The position numbers and the translations under genes are program-made. This document shows, one piece after another, positions 9,048-19,294 of a stretch of DNA of 64,000 nt; position 1 is the first letter of the stretch, and the number at the start of each line of letters is the position of its first letter. The notes beneath the pieces are model-generated. The model had not been told where the DNA came from. It was given only the letters and a program-made list of their open reading frames with translations, and did no database searches. Origin of the DNA: Candidatus Eiseniibacteriota bacterium. Lineage in GTDB: Bacteria; Eisenbacteria; RBG-16-71-46. The stretch spans positions 768,001-832,000 of the forward strand of contig OY970342.1 in NCBI GenBank assembly GCA_963717505.1, in the 5' to 3' direction.

Positions 9048-10829
9048 ATGCATCGCGCCACGAAGCTCGCCGTCCTGCCCCTGCTCCTGTCGTGCGCCCT
9101 CGCGACCCATGGTGTCGCGGGAACTTCGTTCACCCTCCTGCCGGCCACCCTGACTCCCCTGTTTGGCGGCTCGGTCGACTGGGGTGACTTCGACGGCGAC
9201 GACGACCTGGACGTGCTGATCACCGGGCGCCAGGGAACGAACGGCTTGGTGCGGCTCTACCGAAACGCCGGAGGCGGCACCTTCACCTTGGTGACCTCCG
9301 GGCTGACCTGCGGCCTCGGCTCTTCCGCGGAATGGGGCGACTACGACAACGACGGCGACCTCGACATCCTGATCGTGAGCCAGGACGCCGGCGCGCTCTA
9401 TCGCAACGACGGCGGGAGCTTCGCCACCTCGTTCCCCACCGAGTGGGCCATCTTCGGAGACGCCGCGTGGGGCGACTACACCAATGATGGCGACCTCGAT
9501 TTCGCGATCACCGGATATGGACCGGGCAACATCCAGCGAACCACGATCTTCGACAATCAAGGCGGCGGGACGTTTACCAACGCCGCCGCGGGGCTAACGC
9601 CGCTGTTCACCTCGGCACTCGCGTGGGGTGATTTCGATAACGACCGCGATCTCGATCTGGTCACCGCCGGCGAGACGGTCCCCGGCGCCGCCACCGGTAT
9701 CGTTTATCGGAATTCGAACGGCAACTTCACCAACATCGGGGCCACACTGGCCAACGTCACCGAGTCCTCGGTGGCCTGGGGCGACTACGACGCCGACGGC
9801 GACCTCGATCTGGCGATGTCCGGTTACGCGTATTCCCTGCCTCACGAAACCGCGACGATCTACCGCAACGACGCCGGAACATTCACGTCGTTCGCCGCAG
9901 GGATGACCGGCGTGTACGCCGGATCGCTCGCGTGGGGTGACTTCGACAACGACGGCCTGCTCGACATTCTTTCCACGGGCTCGTCGGCGCCCCAAGTGCC
10001 CGCCGCGCAACTTCTGCGGAACACCGGTGGCGCCTTCGTCAATCAGGGCGCGGTCATCGCACCGGTGTTCTCCTCTTCCGTCCAATGGGGCGACTACGAC
10101 AACGACGGCGACCTCGACATCCTGATGAATGGGGCCGACGGCGTGAATGCGTTTTCGCGGATCTACCGGAACGATTCGCCGGCGGCGGCAAATCAGCGGC
10201 CGGCAGCCCCCAGCGGATTGAGCGCGGTCGGCAGCTCGAACACGCAAACCACCTTCAGCTGGAACGCCGCCACTGACACCGAGACTCCGGCCGCCGGCCT
10301 CACCTACAACCTACGGGTCGGCACCACGCCGGGGGGCAACCAGGTGATGTCAGCTATGGCATCGCCTGGCGGCTTCCGGCACGTGCCGCGCATGGGCAAC
10401 GCCAATCACAACCTGAGCTGGACTCTGACGCTGCCCGCGGGCACATACTACTGGAGCGTGCAGGCCACTGACGCTGCGTTCGCGGGCTCGGAGTTCGCAC
10501 CCGAGCAGGTGCACGTCGCCACCACTGGCGTCGACCAGCCCCGATCAACGGCAAGCGTCGCATTGCGCGCTCAACCCAACCCGTTCGCAAGCCGGACGAC
10601 GATCGAGTTCGAATTGCCGCGCGCCGGCAGCGTTTCACTCCGCATCCACGACATCAGTGGACGGCAGGTGCGCTCGCTGGTCGAAAACGTGTCGTGGCCC
10701 GCAGGCCGCCATCAACTGGCGTGGGACGGGCTTGCGGAGGACGGCCGCCCCGCGCCGAGCGGCGTCTACGTAGCTTCGCTGGAGGTCGACGGCGTTCGGG
10801 ACCAGCGCCATATAGTGCGTCTGCGTTAG
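9048..10829 (+). CDS. Secreted FG-GAP repeat protein with FN3-like and FlgD-Ig/T9SS-like C-terminal domains
   Basis: Seven WGD[FY]DxDGDLD-type repeats; C-terminal PNPF...IHDISGRQVRSL...WDG....SGVY. Confidence 0.88.
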   Translation: MHRATKLAVLPLLLSCALATHGVAGTSFTLLPATLTPLFGGSVDWGDFDGDDDLDVLITGRQGTNGLVRLYRNAGGGTFTLVTSGLTCGLGSSAEWGDYDNDGDLDILIVSQDAGALYRNDGGSFATSFPTEWAIFGDAAWGDYTNDGDLDFAITGYGPGNIQRTTIFDNQGGGTFTNAAAGLTPLFTSALAWGDFDNDRDLDLVTAGETVPGAATGIVYRNSNGNFTNIGATLANVTESSVAWGDYDADGDLDLAMSGYAYSLPHETATIYRNDAGTFTSFAAGMTGVYAGSLAWGDFDNDGLLDILSTGSSAPQVPAAQLLRNTGGAFVNQGAVIAPVFSSSVQWGDYDNDGDLDILMNGADGVNAFSRIYRNDSPAAANQRPAAPSGLSAVGSSNTQTTFSWNAATDTETPAAGLTYNLRVGTTPGGNQVMSAMASPGGFRHVPRMGNANHNLSWTLTLPAGTYYWSVQATDAAFAGSEFAPEQVHVATTGVDQPRSTASVALRAQPNPFASRTTIEFELPRAGSVSLRIHDISGRQVRSLVENVSWPAGRHQLAWDGLAEDGRPAPSGVYVASLEVDGVRDQRHIVRLR

Positions 10830-10835
10830 CCGCCC

Positions 10836-12113
10836 TCAGTCTCCGAGTAGCGCAACGCGACGCGAGGCCGACGCCTGGTCGGTTTCCAGTCGCAGCCAGT
10901 AGATGCCGGGTGGGATCGCGGTCGCCGACCAGCGCGCCATGCTTGTCGCGCCGTCGCCGACACCTGCGCCGAGGGTCGCAACCCGCCGGCCGCCGAGGTC
11001 CAACAGGAACGCGCGCCAGCGCGTCCCCGCCGGTAGTGTGAACGTCGCAACCATCTCGCCCCGCGCCGGGTTGGGCCACACCGCGAGCGACACGCTCTCC
11101 ATGTGTGGAGCGGGCACGCCGACGTTGTGGTTCACGAACCACGGCTCGGTGGTCGGCTCGGACTTGAAGAACGCCAACAGACTGTCGGCTACCTTCACGC
11201 GGCCACTGTTCGAAGGATGCGTGCCGTCGTTCGCGGCGAAATCCGAGCACGCCCAGGTGAGTCCGTCGCTCCGGCCCTCGAGGCCATCGGCCCACAGGTA
11301 GGGCCCCCACGACAGCCACGGCGCTTCGACCGGCCCGGAATCAGGATCGAAGTTCAGGCTGTCCTCGCCCGCGATCTGCGCTTCGATGAGCCAGCGCACG
11401 GCGAAGCCCGATTCGTAGGCATACGGCTCGGGGTTTAGCGACGTGCTGGCGTAGCCGGCGTAGATGCGGCTCGTGAAGTAGGCGAGCCGCACGTTGGGCA
11501 GCTTGTCCTTGAGAATGCGCACGATCGTGCCCAGGTCGTTGCTCAGGCTCTCGGCCGAGGCGGGGAACGGCTCGGTGGGCCCGATTCGCGCTTGCTTGAT
11601 CCACACGACTTGCACCTGAGCCGGCGACGAGCCGCGACCGCGCAGGCGCGTGGCGACCGTGTCCCAATACGCGGCGCCGGGGTGGCGGATGAGCTGTGTT
11701 GCCTGGCCGCCACGCGCGCAATCGATCACGCGAACCCGCGGGTTCCTGAAAGGATCCGCGTTCGCTCTCGGGACGAACGCGCTGAACTCCTGGGTGGCGT
11801 TGCTCATGCCGATCGAGATCAGCACGGTCGCACCATTGGGGTCTGGATTCCCGAGCGTGTCGAGCGGCGCCAGCGCGTTGGCGATGGCCTGGCCCGCGGC
11901 GTCGTGAGCGGCCGGCCGCTGGTTGGACCCGCCGCCGTAGAGGCCCCCGGTGAATCCCTGATAGGTGCCGGCCCCGAGATCGATGAGCGGGATGAGTCCG
12001 GTCGAGTCGCGGTCGCAATTGGCCGCGAACACGCGCGAAGGGCCGGTGAACACGGCCAGTGCCAGGACGATAGTCGCGACGGCCGAGGCGTAGACCCGCC
12101 GAGTGGAAGTCAT
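10836..12113 (-). CDS. Secreted SGNH-like hydrolase with T9SS-like C-terminal domain
   Basis: Signal peptide; SIGMSN block and DGTHP (DxxH) motif; C-terminal WPNPARG...DLGGRRV...PGIYWLRL. Confidence 0.65.
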   Translation of the reverse strand: MTSTRRVYASAVATIVLALAVFTGPSRVFAANCDRDSTGLIPLIDLGAGTYQGFTGGLYGGGSNQRPAAHDAAGQAIANALAPLDTLGNPDPNGATVLISIGMSNATQEFSAFVPRANADPFRNPRVRVIDCARGGQATQLIRHPGAAYWDTVATRLRGRGSSPAQVQVVWIKQARIGPTEPFPASAESLSNDLGTIVRILKDKLPNVRLAYFTSRIYAGYASTSLNPEPYAYESGFAVRWLIEAQIAGEDSLNFDPDSGPVEAPWLSWGPYLWADGLEGRSDGLTWACSDFAANDGTHPSNSGRVKVADSLLAFFKSEPTTEPWFVNHNVGVPAPHMESVSLAVWPNPARGEMVATFTLPAGTRWRAFLLDLGGRRVATLGAGVGDGATSMARWSATAIPPGIYWLRLETDQASASRRVALLGD

Positions 12114-12241
12114 GGAACCTCCAACACTTTGTCAGGAACCGGGCGCATCGAGAGTATCCCTGGCCGCGGCGCTCTGCTAGCGTTCGTTCCCTCGCGGACA
12201 CAGGGTGTGTCCGGCGGGCCAGGCCGAATCAGGAGACAACA

Positions 12242-12844
12242 ATGAAGAAGATCGCACTGCTTGCGGCGGCCACGATGGCCGTCGCCCTAGGCGGAATCGC
12301 GACTGCCGAAGCCGGTGGTTTCAAGGTGTACGGCATGGTCGCCATGGTTTCGCCGCTCAGCGAATCCGACCAGGACGTTGGTGGCGTCACGGACGCGGTC
12401 AAGGCGTCGTCGGAGTTCGGCTACAACTTCGGCATCGAGTTCAAGGCCGGGTCCATGCTCGGGATCGAGCTGGACTACCTGTACGCCAAGGAAGAGATCG
12501 AGCACGACACTGCCGGACTCCTGGGCGAGACCACGTTCCAGCCGATCAGCGGAACCCTGAATTTCCACCTTCCCATGGGCATGCTCGACCTCTATGGCGG
12601 CCCCACGGCGTCGTACGTCAACTGGGGCGACCTGGAAGTGCCTTCGGGCGGCGCCGACATCGAGCTCGACCCGCAGTTCACGTACGGGATCTCGGCGGGC
12701 CTGGACGTCGGCATCACCAAGAACCTGGCGGCGACCGGCGGCCTGCGCTGGCTCAGCGTCCAGGCGAAGCCGGCCGAAGGGGGCGGCGACGAACTGGACG
12801 TGAACCCGTTGTTTGCCCGGTTCGGAATCGCGGCGCGTTTCTAG
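12242..12844 (+). CDS. Outer-membrane beta-barrel protein, OmpW/OmpA-like
   Basis: AGGAGA RBS, signal peptide, amphipathic strands, DVNPLFARFGIAARF terminal F. Confidence 0.8.
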   Translation: MKKIALLAAATMAVALGGIATAEAGGFKVYGMVAMVSPLSESDQDVGGVTDAVKASSEFGYNFGIEFKAGSMLGIELDYLYAKEEIEHDTAGLLGETTFQPISGTLNFHLPMGMLDLYGGPTASYVNWGDLEVPSGGADIELDPQFTYGISAGLDVGITKNLAATGGLRWLSVQAKPAEGGGDELDVNPLFARFGIAARF

Positions 12845-12864
12845 CCTTCCCGACACAAAGACGT

Positions 12865-12895
12865 ACGCCGGGCGCCCTCCCTGGGTGCCCGGCGT
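12865..12895. terminator. Hairpin between convergent genes (probable bidirectional terminator)
   Basis: ACGCCGGGCGCCC-TCCCT-GGGTGCCCGGCGT. Confidence 0.65.
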
Positions 12896-12918
12896 TGCGT
12901 TTACAGCAGACTGCGGTG

Positions 12919-13566
12919 TTACTTGCTCGGCATGTAGAACGCCAGGCCGGCGCGCGCCATGAAGCCCGAGTAATCCGTCTCGGTCTCCGGGTCGGTCGAC
13001 TGGTCGTCGAACTGCGTGTCACCAACGTTGGCGATCCGGTAGCCGGCGCCGCCGGTGACGGCGAAGCCAGGGCTCACGGTCCACTCGGCAAGGCCCATGA
13101 AGTGGAAGCCAACCGAGCTGCCACTCACGTCGACCGAGGGCAAGCCAGTGCTTTCGGCTTCGCCGCCGACCATGTAGTAGCCGAGGCCAGCGCCGAATCC
13201 GTACTTGGCGTTGCTGGACGCGGGGAAGAAGTACGCGCCCGTGATGGTGAACGCGTTGGCGTCCAGGCTCAACTTGTCACCGCTCACTCCGTCTTCGGTG
13301 TTGAGGAAGAGCGGCTCCCAGCCGGCCGAGAACATCCAGTTCGGCGTCGCCCACATCCGCAGGTCGAGACCGCCAGTGATTCCGTTCTCGACGTTCTCGA
13401 TGTCAGCACCAGCCTGGTTGGACGCATCGATCGACTCGTTCCACTGCTCCATCGTGTGGGTGTTGAACGCGCCGTAGACCTCTCCGCCCCAAGTCGCCGC
13501 ATAAGCAGCGGTGCTCGTCAGGGCGAGGGCCATGGCCAGAACCGATGGGACGATCAGCTTACGCAT
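12919..13566 (-). CDS. Outer-membrane beta-barrel protein
   Basis: AGGAGGA RBS, MRKLIVPSVLAMALAL signal peptide, about 8 strands, DYSGFMARAGLAFY terminal strand. Confidence 0.8.
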   Translation of the reverse strand: MRKLIVPSVLAMALALTSTAAYAATWGGEVYGAFNTHTMEQWNESIDASNQAGADIENVENGITGGLDLRMWATPNWMFSAGWEPLFLNTEDGVSGDKLSLDANAFTITGAYFFPASSNAKYGFGAGLGYYMVGGEAESTGLPSVDVSGSSVGFHFMGLAEWTVSPGFAVTGGAGYRIANVGDTQFDDQSTDPETETDYSGFMARAGLAFYMPSK

Positions 13567-13648
13567 TCTGTTCCTCCTGTTGCCGGTTGAGTGCGGCCCG
13601 GGAGTCCAGCCTGGACCGGATCCGGAGCACCCGGATCGACAGGGAAAG

Positions 13649-15142
13649 TCATCGTCCCCCGGGGACCCGGGCTTTAGCGTCACGTTCAGTCCAGAAAGAG
13701 GCGACGGCCGCGGCCGGAGCCACCCACGCTCCGGAGGCGGCAAGCCATTGCAGGGTTTCGACATAGGCATGCCACCATCCGGGAAACTGTCGTTCCGCCG
13801 CAGCATTGGGGTGCCACAATAGCACCGCAAGCCCGCCGCACGCAGCGACCCGCTCGAGGTGGGATCGCGTGCGCGCTGCAGCGCCTGGGCCATCCAGCCC
13901 AAGGCTCCGGAACAGGGTTCCGTCCATCAGGGTCAGGGGCAGCTCGAGCAGATCGTGGGCGGAACGCGTCTCGGGATTCCAAGGTCGGAAGGGCGCCGCG
14001 ATGCCCGACCGGAATCCGACCGCCTCGTTGTAGCCCAGGGTCGAATCGTACGTGAGACCCGCCGCCCTCTGGGCCGACCACGTGCGGCGGACGTCGAAGC
14101 GCAGGAAGTGCTGGCGACCGCCCGAAATTGGCGATCGCGACGCGCCCTCGACCGAGCGCCGCTGGCGCGCCAGCTCGGCCGCGTCGCCGTGGCTCAGGTA
14201 GCTGCCATGGAGTCCGATCTCGTACCCGCGCGCATCGAGCCGTTCCATCATTCCGGCCACGGTCGTCCTGCGGCCGTCGAACGACACCGGATCGTTCCAG
14301 CCGTAGGTCGGGTCCAACTCGTGCCGGCGCGACGAGTAGAGCGGGACGAAGTACCAGGAGGACCGGAATCCATGCTGCTCCTCGGCCGAGGTCCATTGGT
14401 AGAAGTTGTCGTAGGGATCGGGCGAGCGGTCTCCGGCCATGCGGCGCAGCGACGCGGCCGCCGAGCGCGCGGCGGCGCGCAGGCCGTCGCGCACCGCGAA
14501 CGACCCAAGGCTGCGAGCACACGCGAGCCGCCGAGCCGCGCCCGCCATCGACCACAATGCGACGTCGTCGACGTCGTGGGTGAGCGCCACCGCGAAACGC
14601 GCGCCGTCGGGCCAGCGCGGGATCCGCTCGGGCTCGCGGCCGCGCGCCGCGTGCCAGGCGCGAATGCGCGACTCGAGTTGAGCAGCGCACAGGTTCACCA
14701 GTGGCGCATCGAGCACCCCCAGCTCGTGCATGCGCGACCACGTGCCCTTGAAGCAACCCCACTCGTCGCGCCGGTCGTCGAGGAACTCCTCCTCGCGCGC
14801 GAGCTGGAAGCCGAGGCTGCGCAGCCACTCGGCGGGCAGCACGCGGTCGGTCCACGGCGCGGCGACGCCACCCGGGCAGGGAACCGGCACACCGTCGACG
14901 TCGGCGAGCCGCAAACTCTCGGGTTCCCAGCGCGGCCATAGATCGCAAGCCAGAACCTGCGCCATGGCTGCGGGCGCGTTCGCGATCGGGCCGACGAACA
15001 CCGGGGCCTCGTCGTCGCCGAGTCGTTCGCCGAGCCGCATCGTGCGCCAACGCATCTCGAGCAGCGTGGCAACCGTTTCGACCGTCCAGCGGGCGAGCGG
15101 CAACTCCCACGCAACCGGATCGAAGACGAAGGCGACGCTCAA
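13649..15142 (-). CDS. Polysaccharide deacetylase family protein
   Basis: ALTHDVDD, EIGLHGSY, GGRQHFLRF, YDSTLGY, LLWHPN. Confidence 0.85.
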   Translation of the reverse strand: MSVAFVFDPVAWELPLARWTVETVATLLEMRWRTMRLGERLGDDEAPVFVGPIANAPAAMAQVLACDLWPRWEPESLRLADVDGVPVPCPGGVAAPWTDRVLPAEWLRSLGFQLAREEEFLDDRRDEWGCFKGTWSRMHELGVLDAPLVNLCAAQLESRIRAWHAARGREPERIPRWPDGARFAVALTHDVDDVALWSMAGAARRLACARSLGSFAVRDGLRAAARSAAASLRRMAGDRSPDPYDNFYQWTSAEEQHGFRSSWYFVPLYSSRRHELDPTYGWNDPVSFDGRRTTVAGMMERLDARGYEIGLHGSYLSHGDAAELARQRRSVEGASRSPISGGRQHFLRFDVRRTWSAQRAAGLTYDSTLGYNEAVGFRSGIAAPFRPWNPETRSAHDLLELPLTLMDGTLFRSLGLDGPGAAARTRSHLERVAACGGLAVLLWHPNAAAERQFPGWWHAYVETLQWLAASGAWVAPAAAVASFWTERDAKARVPGGR

Positions 15143-16225
15143 GCGCCCGGCTCCAGCAGTCGCTGGTACTCGGTGAGTAGAGTGCCGGCGACCGCGCGGG
15201 CGTCATGGCGCGAGCGCACGAACTCCGGCCCCCGTGCGCCGAACGCAGCGCGCCTTGCCGGATCGCGAATCAGGTTGCGCAGGACGTCTTGAATGGTCGC
15301 GGGCTCGGCGCTGACCACCGGCACGTCGGGGTGCGCGCGAAAGAAGTCATCGCGCAGGTAGGCGATCACCGGTTTGCCCTCGGCCATTCCTTCGATCGCG
15401 AGCAACCCGTACCAGCCCATCATGAGCTGGTCGACCAGGATGTCGCACTCGGCGAGGAACGCCGGCATCTCGGCCCAGGGCCGCTTCTCGATCAGACGCA
15501 GCTCGAGCTTCGGGAACTCGGAACGCAGGCGTTCGACGGCGGCCACCACGTGGTCCGTGCCCTTGATCAGCCGGTTGGTCGGCGCATGGGCGACGACCAC
15601 CGGACCGTGGACGCCGTCGCGGCGGTCGGGGAACGGCAGCGCGTGGTCGCGACCGGCCGCGATCCAGCGATCGCTCTCGATCGCGAGCGGCAGGTTCACG
15701 CCGTGCGGCACCGACTCGGCGAGGTCCAGGGTCGAGAAGAACTGGGCGTCGGCGTGACGCGCCGCGTCGGCGAGCAGCCTCTTCTGCTGGCTCGGAATGC
15801 AGAACGGGGCGCACTCGGTGCAGGTCGCGAGCCGATGGTGGGTGATCATGTGCGCGCGATTGCGCACCTCGCAGCCGTGAAAGTGGTAGACGACGACCTT
15901 GCCCATGGCATGCAGCAGCGGCACGTCGAGCCGGCGCGGCAGGAACGAAGTGCCGAAGTGCAGGTGGAACACGTCGAAGAACGACGCCCATCGGCTGAAA
16001 GCCGCCCCCATCAGCAGCCGCCCGGCCCGGCAGCCCAAAGGCACGCTCCAGGTCGACGACGATGTCGCTCACCCTCCCGTCCCAATCGACCCTGTACGAG
16101 AACGAGCGGGCATCGACCCCGAGTGAGGCGAGCCCGCGCGCTAGCACCAGGCCCTGGCCGGCGACCTCGTACATTCCATGCAGCACGCGCATCGGACGAT
16201 TTCGAAACAGCGGCGTCTCGCTCAT
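15139..16225 (-). CDS. GT-B glycosyltransferase (frameshift near 16020-16040)
   Basis: N-terminal MRVLHGMYEVAGQG in one frame; FDVFHLHFG, HAPTNRLIKGT, DQLMMGWYGLLAIEGMAEGKPV in another. Confidence 0.82.
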
Positions 16226-16944
16226 GCGCGTCCGAATCGCCCGGGATCGAGAAGGCGAATGGCGGCGCCGCGCGCCAGGCTCACGCCCAACGAAAAGCTG
16301 GGCTGGCGCACGAACTTGACCGCCTGACTGCGCCACTCGTTCCAGATCGACGGACGACGCGTGACGAACTTGCGTGGCGACTCGAGCAGGGCCCGGCGGA
16401 TCCCGGCGTCGTCGCGCGGCCGGTCGCCCTCGAACTCGATGCGCGCCAGCATCAGCTCGCCGACCCGATGGGCGTCGGGGCCGACGACCTGCGGCCGACC
16501 GTGCTCGCGCGCCAACACCTCGGCCTGCCCGTTGTCCCACGCCGTGCACCGTGCGTTGTACACCTCGATCAGGTCTACGCGCTCGAGCAGCTCATTTGTG
16601 AGGCGATGCCATTTATAAGGATGCGGTAGCGATACCAAACCGCCCTGGGCGTGCACGGCGTCGCAGAATGCGAGCGCATTGGTCTCGGTCACGTCGCTGC
16701 TCAACAGCATGCCGATCAAATCCCCTTGATCGGTGAGCCTCTCGGTCGCCAGCACGACGTGCAGGTCGAGCTTCTCGGCGGCCGCAGCGGCGCGGGCGTC
16801 GACCGAGCCCTGCCAGGTGTCGTGGTCGGTGACCACCAGCACGTGAACGCCTTCTTTGGCCGCGTGACGCACCAAGGCGACTGGATCCGCCATCGAATCG
16901 AACGAGTGCCGCGTGTGGACGTGCTGCACCAGCGTCCAGGTCAT
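16222..16944 (-). CDS. PHP-domain metallo-phosphoesterase
   Basis: HVHTRHSFDS, VTDHD, PHPYK, IEVYNAR, GPDAH; ATGA overlaps on both sides. Confidence 0.85.
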   Translation of the reverse strand: MTWTLVQHVHTRHSFDSMADPVALVRHAAKEGVHVLVVTDHDTWQGSVDARAAAAAEKLDLHVVLATERLTDQGDLIGMLLSSDVTETNALAFCDAVHAQGGLVSLPHPYKWHRLTNELLERVDLIEVYNARCTAWDNGQAEVLAREHGRPQVVGPDAHRVGELMLARIEFEGDRPRDDAGIRRALLESPRKFVTRRPSIWNEWRSQAVKFVRQPSFSLGVSLARGAAIRLLDPGRFGRA

Positions 16945-18110
16945 TTCGTGTCCCGTTGCTCGCGAAAGGCACCAGGCGCCGAGCGCGCCCACTGGATGAA
17001 CTCGCGCCAGGTCGGCCCGGGATCGTCGCGGCGCCAGGTGTGCGCGACCTTGGACGACAGGGCGTCGGCGAGCACTGAGCCCAGCGCGCGGGGCCGAAAC
17101 AAGCCGTGCCACAGGTCGCCGCCCAGCGGCCACGACATACGCACCGCACGCACCGGCGCCTGCGGCGGCAGCGATCGGCCCTCGAGCATCGCCGCCAGAT
17201 CCCCCGGGAAGTCGACGCCCGCGGCCAGTGCCAGGTCGTGTGAGCCCCAGAACTTGGCGTTGATCTCCACGAGCGCCAGCGTACCGCGCTCGGGATCGCC
17301 CTTGAACTCGACCATCGCGACGCCGTGCCAGCGCAGGGCATCGAGGAGCTGCGTGCCGAAGCGCGCGATCACCGGCTGAACGGGCACCGACTCGGCGCAC
17401 GCGCTGGTGCCGCCGGTGGGCGGCCACTCGCGCACCCGCCTATGCATGAACGAACGAAGCCGAGTTCCATTCCAATACAACGCCGAAAAGCCCCAGCCGT
17501 CGCCGGCGATGAACTCCTGCGCCAGCACCGCGCCCGACGAGCCCTGCTGCACGGCCGCGAATGCCGCGTCCAGCTCGCGTTCGGCGCGCACGTAGCGCAG
17601 CACCTTGCGCCCCTCCTCCGACGCCGACTTGAGCACCAGCGGCAGGCCGAGGTCGGCGAGTGCCGCGCGCGCCGCACCGGCATCGGCCACTTGGCGCTCG
17701 CGCGGCGCGCGCAGGCCCAGCGAGCGGGCCAGGTCGCCGCTCCGCCGTTTGTCGTTGGCGACCTCGAGGGACTCGCGCGGCGGCAGCGCGCAGCGCACGC
17801 CGGGCGGAAGCGAGTCGCGCAACCGATGCGCCGCGGCCACCCCGCCGGTGCCGACCGGAATCAGGCTCACCGGGGCCAGCTCGGCTGCGATCGCCGCCAG
17901 CCGGAGGTCGTACCCAGGCTCCGACGGCCAGGGTGCGGCGTGCCAGGCGCGGGTGAAGCGAGAATGGACGGAAGGCGCCTTGGCCGAGCGCGCGACCACG
18001 TGCACCTCGTGCTTGCGCGCGGCGAGTGCCCGCACGATCCCGAGCGTGTGCTTGAACTCGCCGTCGGTGACCAACACGCGGCCGGGCGTCATCTGGGTTT
18101 CTTGCGTCAT
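16941..18110 (-). CDS. ATP-grasp (carboxylate-amine ligase-like) protein
   Basis: ANDK, PLVLKS, AQEFIAG, HRRVREWPPTGG, AMVEFK, VEINAKFWGS. Confidence 0.85.
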   Translation of the reverse strand: MTQETQMTPGRVLVTDGEFKHTLGIVRALAARKHEVHVVARSAKAPSVHSRFTRAWHAAPWPSEPGYDLRLAAIAAELAPVSLIPVGTGGVAAAHRLRDSLPPGVRCALPPRESLEVANDKRRSGDLARSLGLRAPRERQVADAGAARAALADLGLPLVLKSASEEGRKVLRYVRAERELDAAFAAVQQGSSGAVLAQEFIAGDGWGFSALYWNGTRLRSFMHRRVREWPPTGGTSACAESVPVQPVIARFGTQLLDALRWHGVAMVEFKGDPERGTLALVEINAKFWGSHDLALAAGVDFPGDLAAMLEGRSLPPQAPVRAVRMSWPLGGDLWHGLFRPRALGSVLADALSSKVAHTWRRDDPGPTWREFIQWARSAPGAFREQRDTK

Positions 18111-18120
18111 CCGGCGCAGT

Positions 18121-19287
18121 CTACCGGTCGCGGGCGTCGCCGCGCTTGCTCGCGGCACACGCGCCGCCATTCCTGGCCGTGGCGCCGGCGGACCGCATCA
18201 GCTTACGCGCGATGCCGGTGAGCGCCACGCCGGGGCGATCAGGATTCACCCAGCGAATTCCGGCCCCGCGCGTCCTGCGTTCATGGCCACGATCGACCTG
18301 CGGGGCGGCAGCGGGAACGGCTCCTGTCCAGGGCGCGACCACGATGTCGCGATGGGTGATCCGATGACGCAAGCGAAGGTGGGTGTCGGTCAGGGGTACC
18401 CGAATGCCGAGTGCGCCGAGCACGCGCGTGAGTCGTCGGCCCACGGCTCGTGGATCGGCGGATCCATCGACCTCGACGAACGGCGGTTCCCACATGCCGT
18501 CGAGCAGCGTGCCCCTGCGGCGCGTGACCAGGATGCGAGTCCCCCGACGCACGACCGCCGCAGCCCAGTGCACGCGCTCTGTCGCTTTGCGCTTCGCCGC
18601 CGGCGGGTAACGGCTCACGACACCGCGCGCGTGAGCAACACAAAGGCTCCTGACCGGGCACTCGTCGCAGCGTGGTGCTCGCGGCGTGCAGATCCGCGCG
18701 CCCAGCTCCATCAGCGCCTGATTCCACTCGCCCGCGCCGCGTCGCGGCACCAGCCGCTCCGCCAGCTCCCAGAGCGCCTTGGCGCCGCGCGGGTCGCGCA
18801 CTGACCACGGTCGTGCCGCGAGCCGCGCCAGAACCCGCGCGACGTTGCCGTCAAGCACCGGCAGTGCCCGGTCGAAAGCTATGGAGAGGACTGCCCCGCG
18901 GGTGTAGCGGCCCACGCCGGGCAAGCCTCCGAACGCGTCCTCGTCGGACGGCACCTGACCCGCGTGGTCGCGCACCACCGTGCGCGCCGCGGCCAGCAGG
19001 TGACGCGCACGACGGTAGTAGCCGAGGCCCGACCAAGCGGCGAGCACATCGGCTTCGCGGGCGCGGGCGAGACGCTCGACCGTCGGGAATCGCTCGAGAA
19101 AGCTCTGATAGAATGGCAACGCCGTGGCGACCTGGGTCTGCTGCAGCATGACTTCGGAAACCCAGATTCGGTAGGGATCGCGGGTCCGTCGCCAGGGCAG
19201 GTCGCGGCGATGCCTCCGGTACCATCGCTCGAGATCGCGGTGCAACGCGGCCGGGATGCCGGGATCCGCGAGGGCCGCGGAAGGCAC
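18121..19287 (-). CDS. mutY: A/G-specific adenine glycosylase
   Basis: RDLPWRRTRDPYRIWVSEVMLQQTQV, WSGLGYYRRA, LPGVGRYT, LDGNVARV, 4Fe-4S motif CTPRAPRCDECPVRSLC; start uncertain (19287 or 19305). Confidence 0.93.
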   Translation of the reverse strand: MPSAALADPGIPAALHRDLERWYRRHRRDLPWRRTRDPYRIWVSEVMLQQTQVATALPFYQSFLERFPTVERLARAREADVLAAWSGLGYYRRARHLLAAARTVVRDHAGQVPSDEDAFGGLPGVGRYTRGAVLSIAFDRALPVLDGNVARVLARLAARPWSVRDPRGAKALWELAERLVPRRGAGEWNQALMELGARICTPRAPRCDECPVRSLCVAHARGVVSRYPPAAKRKATERVHWAAAVVRRGTRILVTRRRGTLLDGMWEPPFVEVDGSADPRAVGRRLTRVLGALGIRVPLTDTHLRLRHRITHRDIVVAPWTGAVPAAAPQVDRGHERRTRGAGIRWVNPDRPGVALTGIARKLMRSAGATARNGGACAASKRGDARDR

Positions 19288-19294
19288 GTTCGAA

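Noticed and set aside
9170-10125. Regularly spaced TGGGGCGACTACGAC repeats as a CRISPR array
   Set aside because: They are coding FG-GAP repeats; no cas genes in the window
13655-13700. GACGCTAAAGC on the minus strand resembling a c-di-GMP-I riboswitch
   Set aside because: It lies in the deacetylase coding end, and the GGCAAAC/GAAA P2 element is absent
16010-16045. Programmed frameshift or phase variation in the glycosyltransferase
   Set aside because: No long homopolymer or slippery tract; other indels in the window suggest sequencing error
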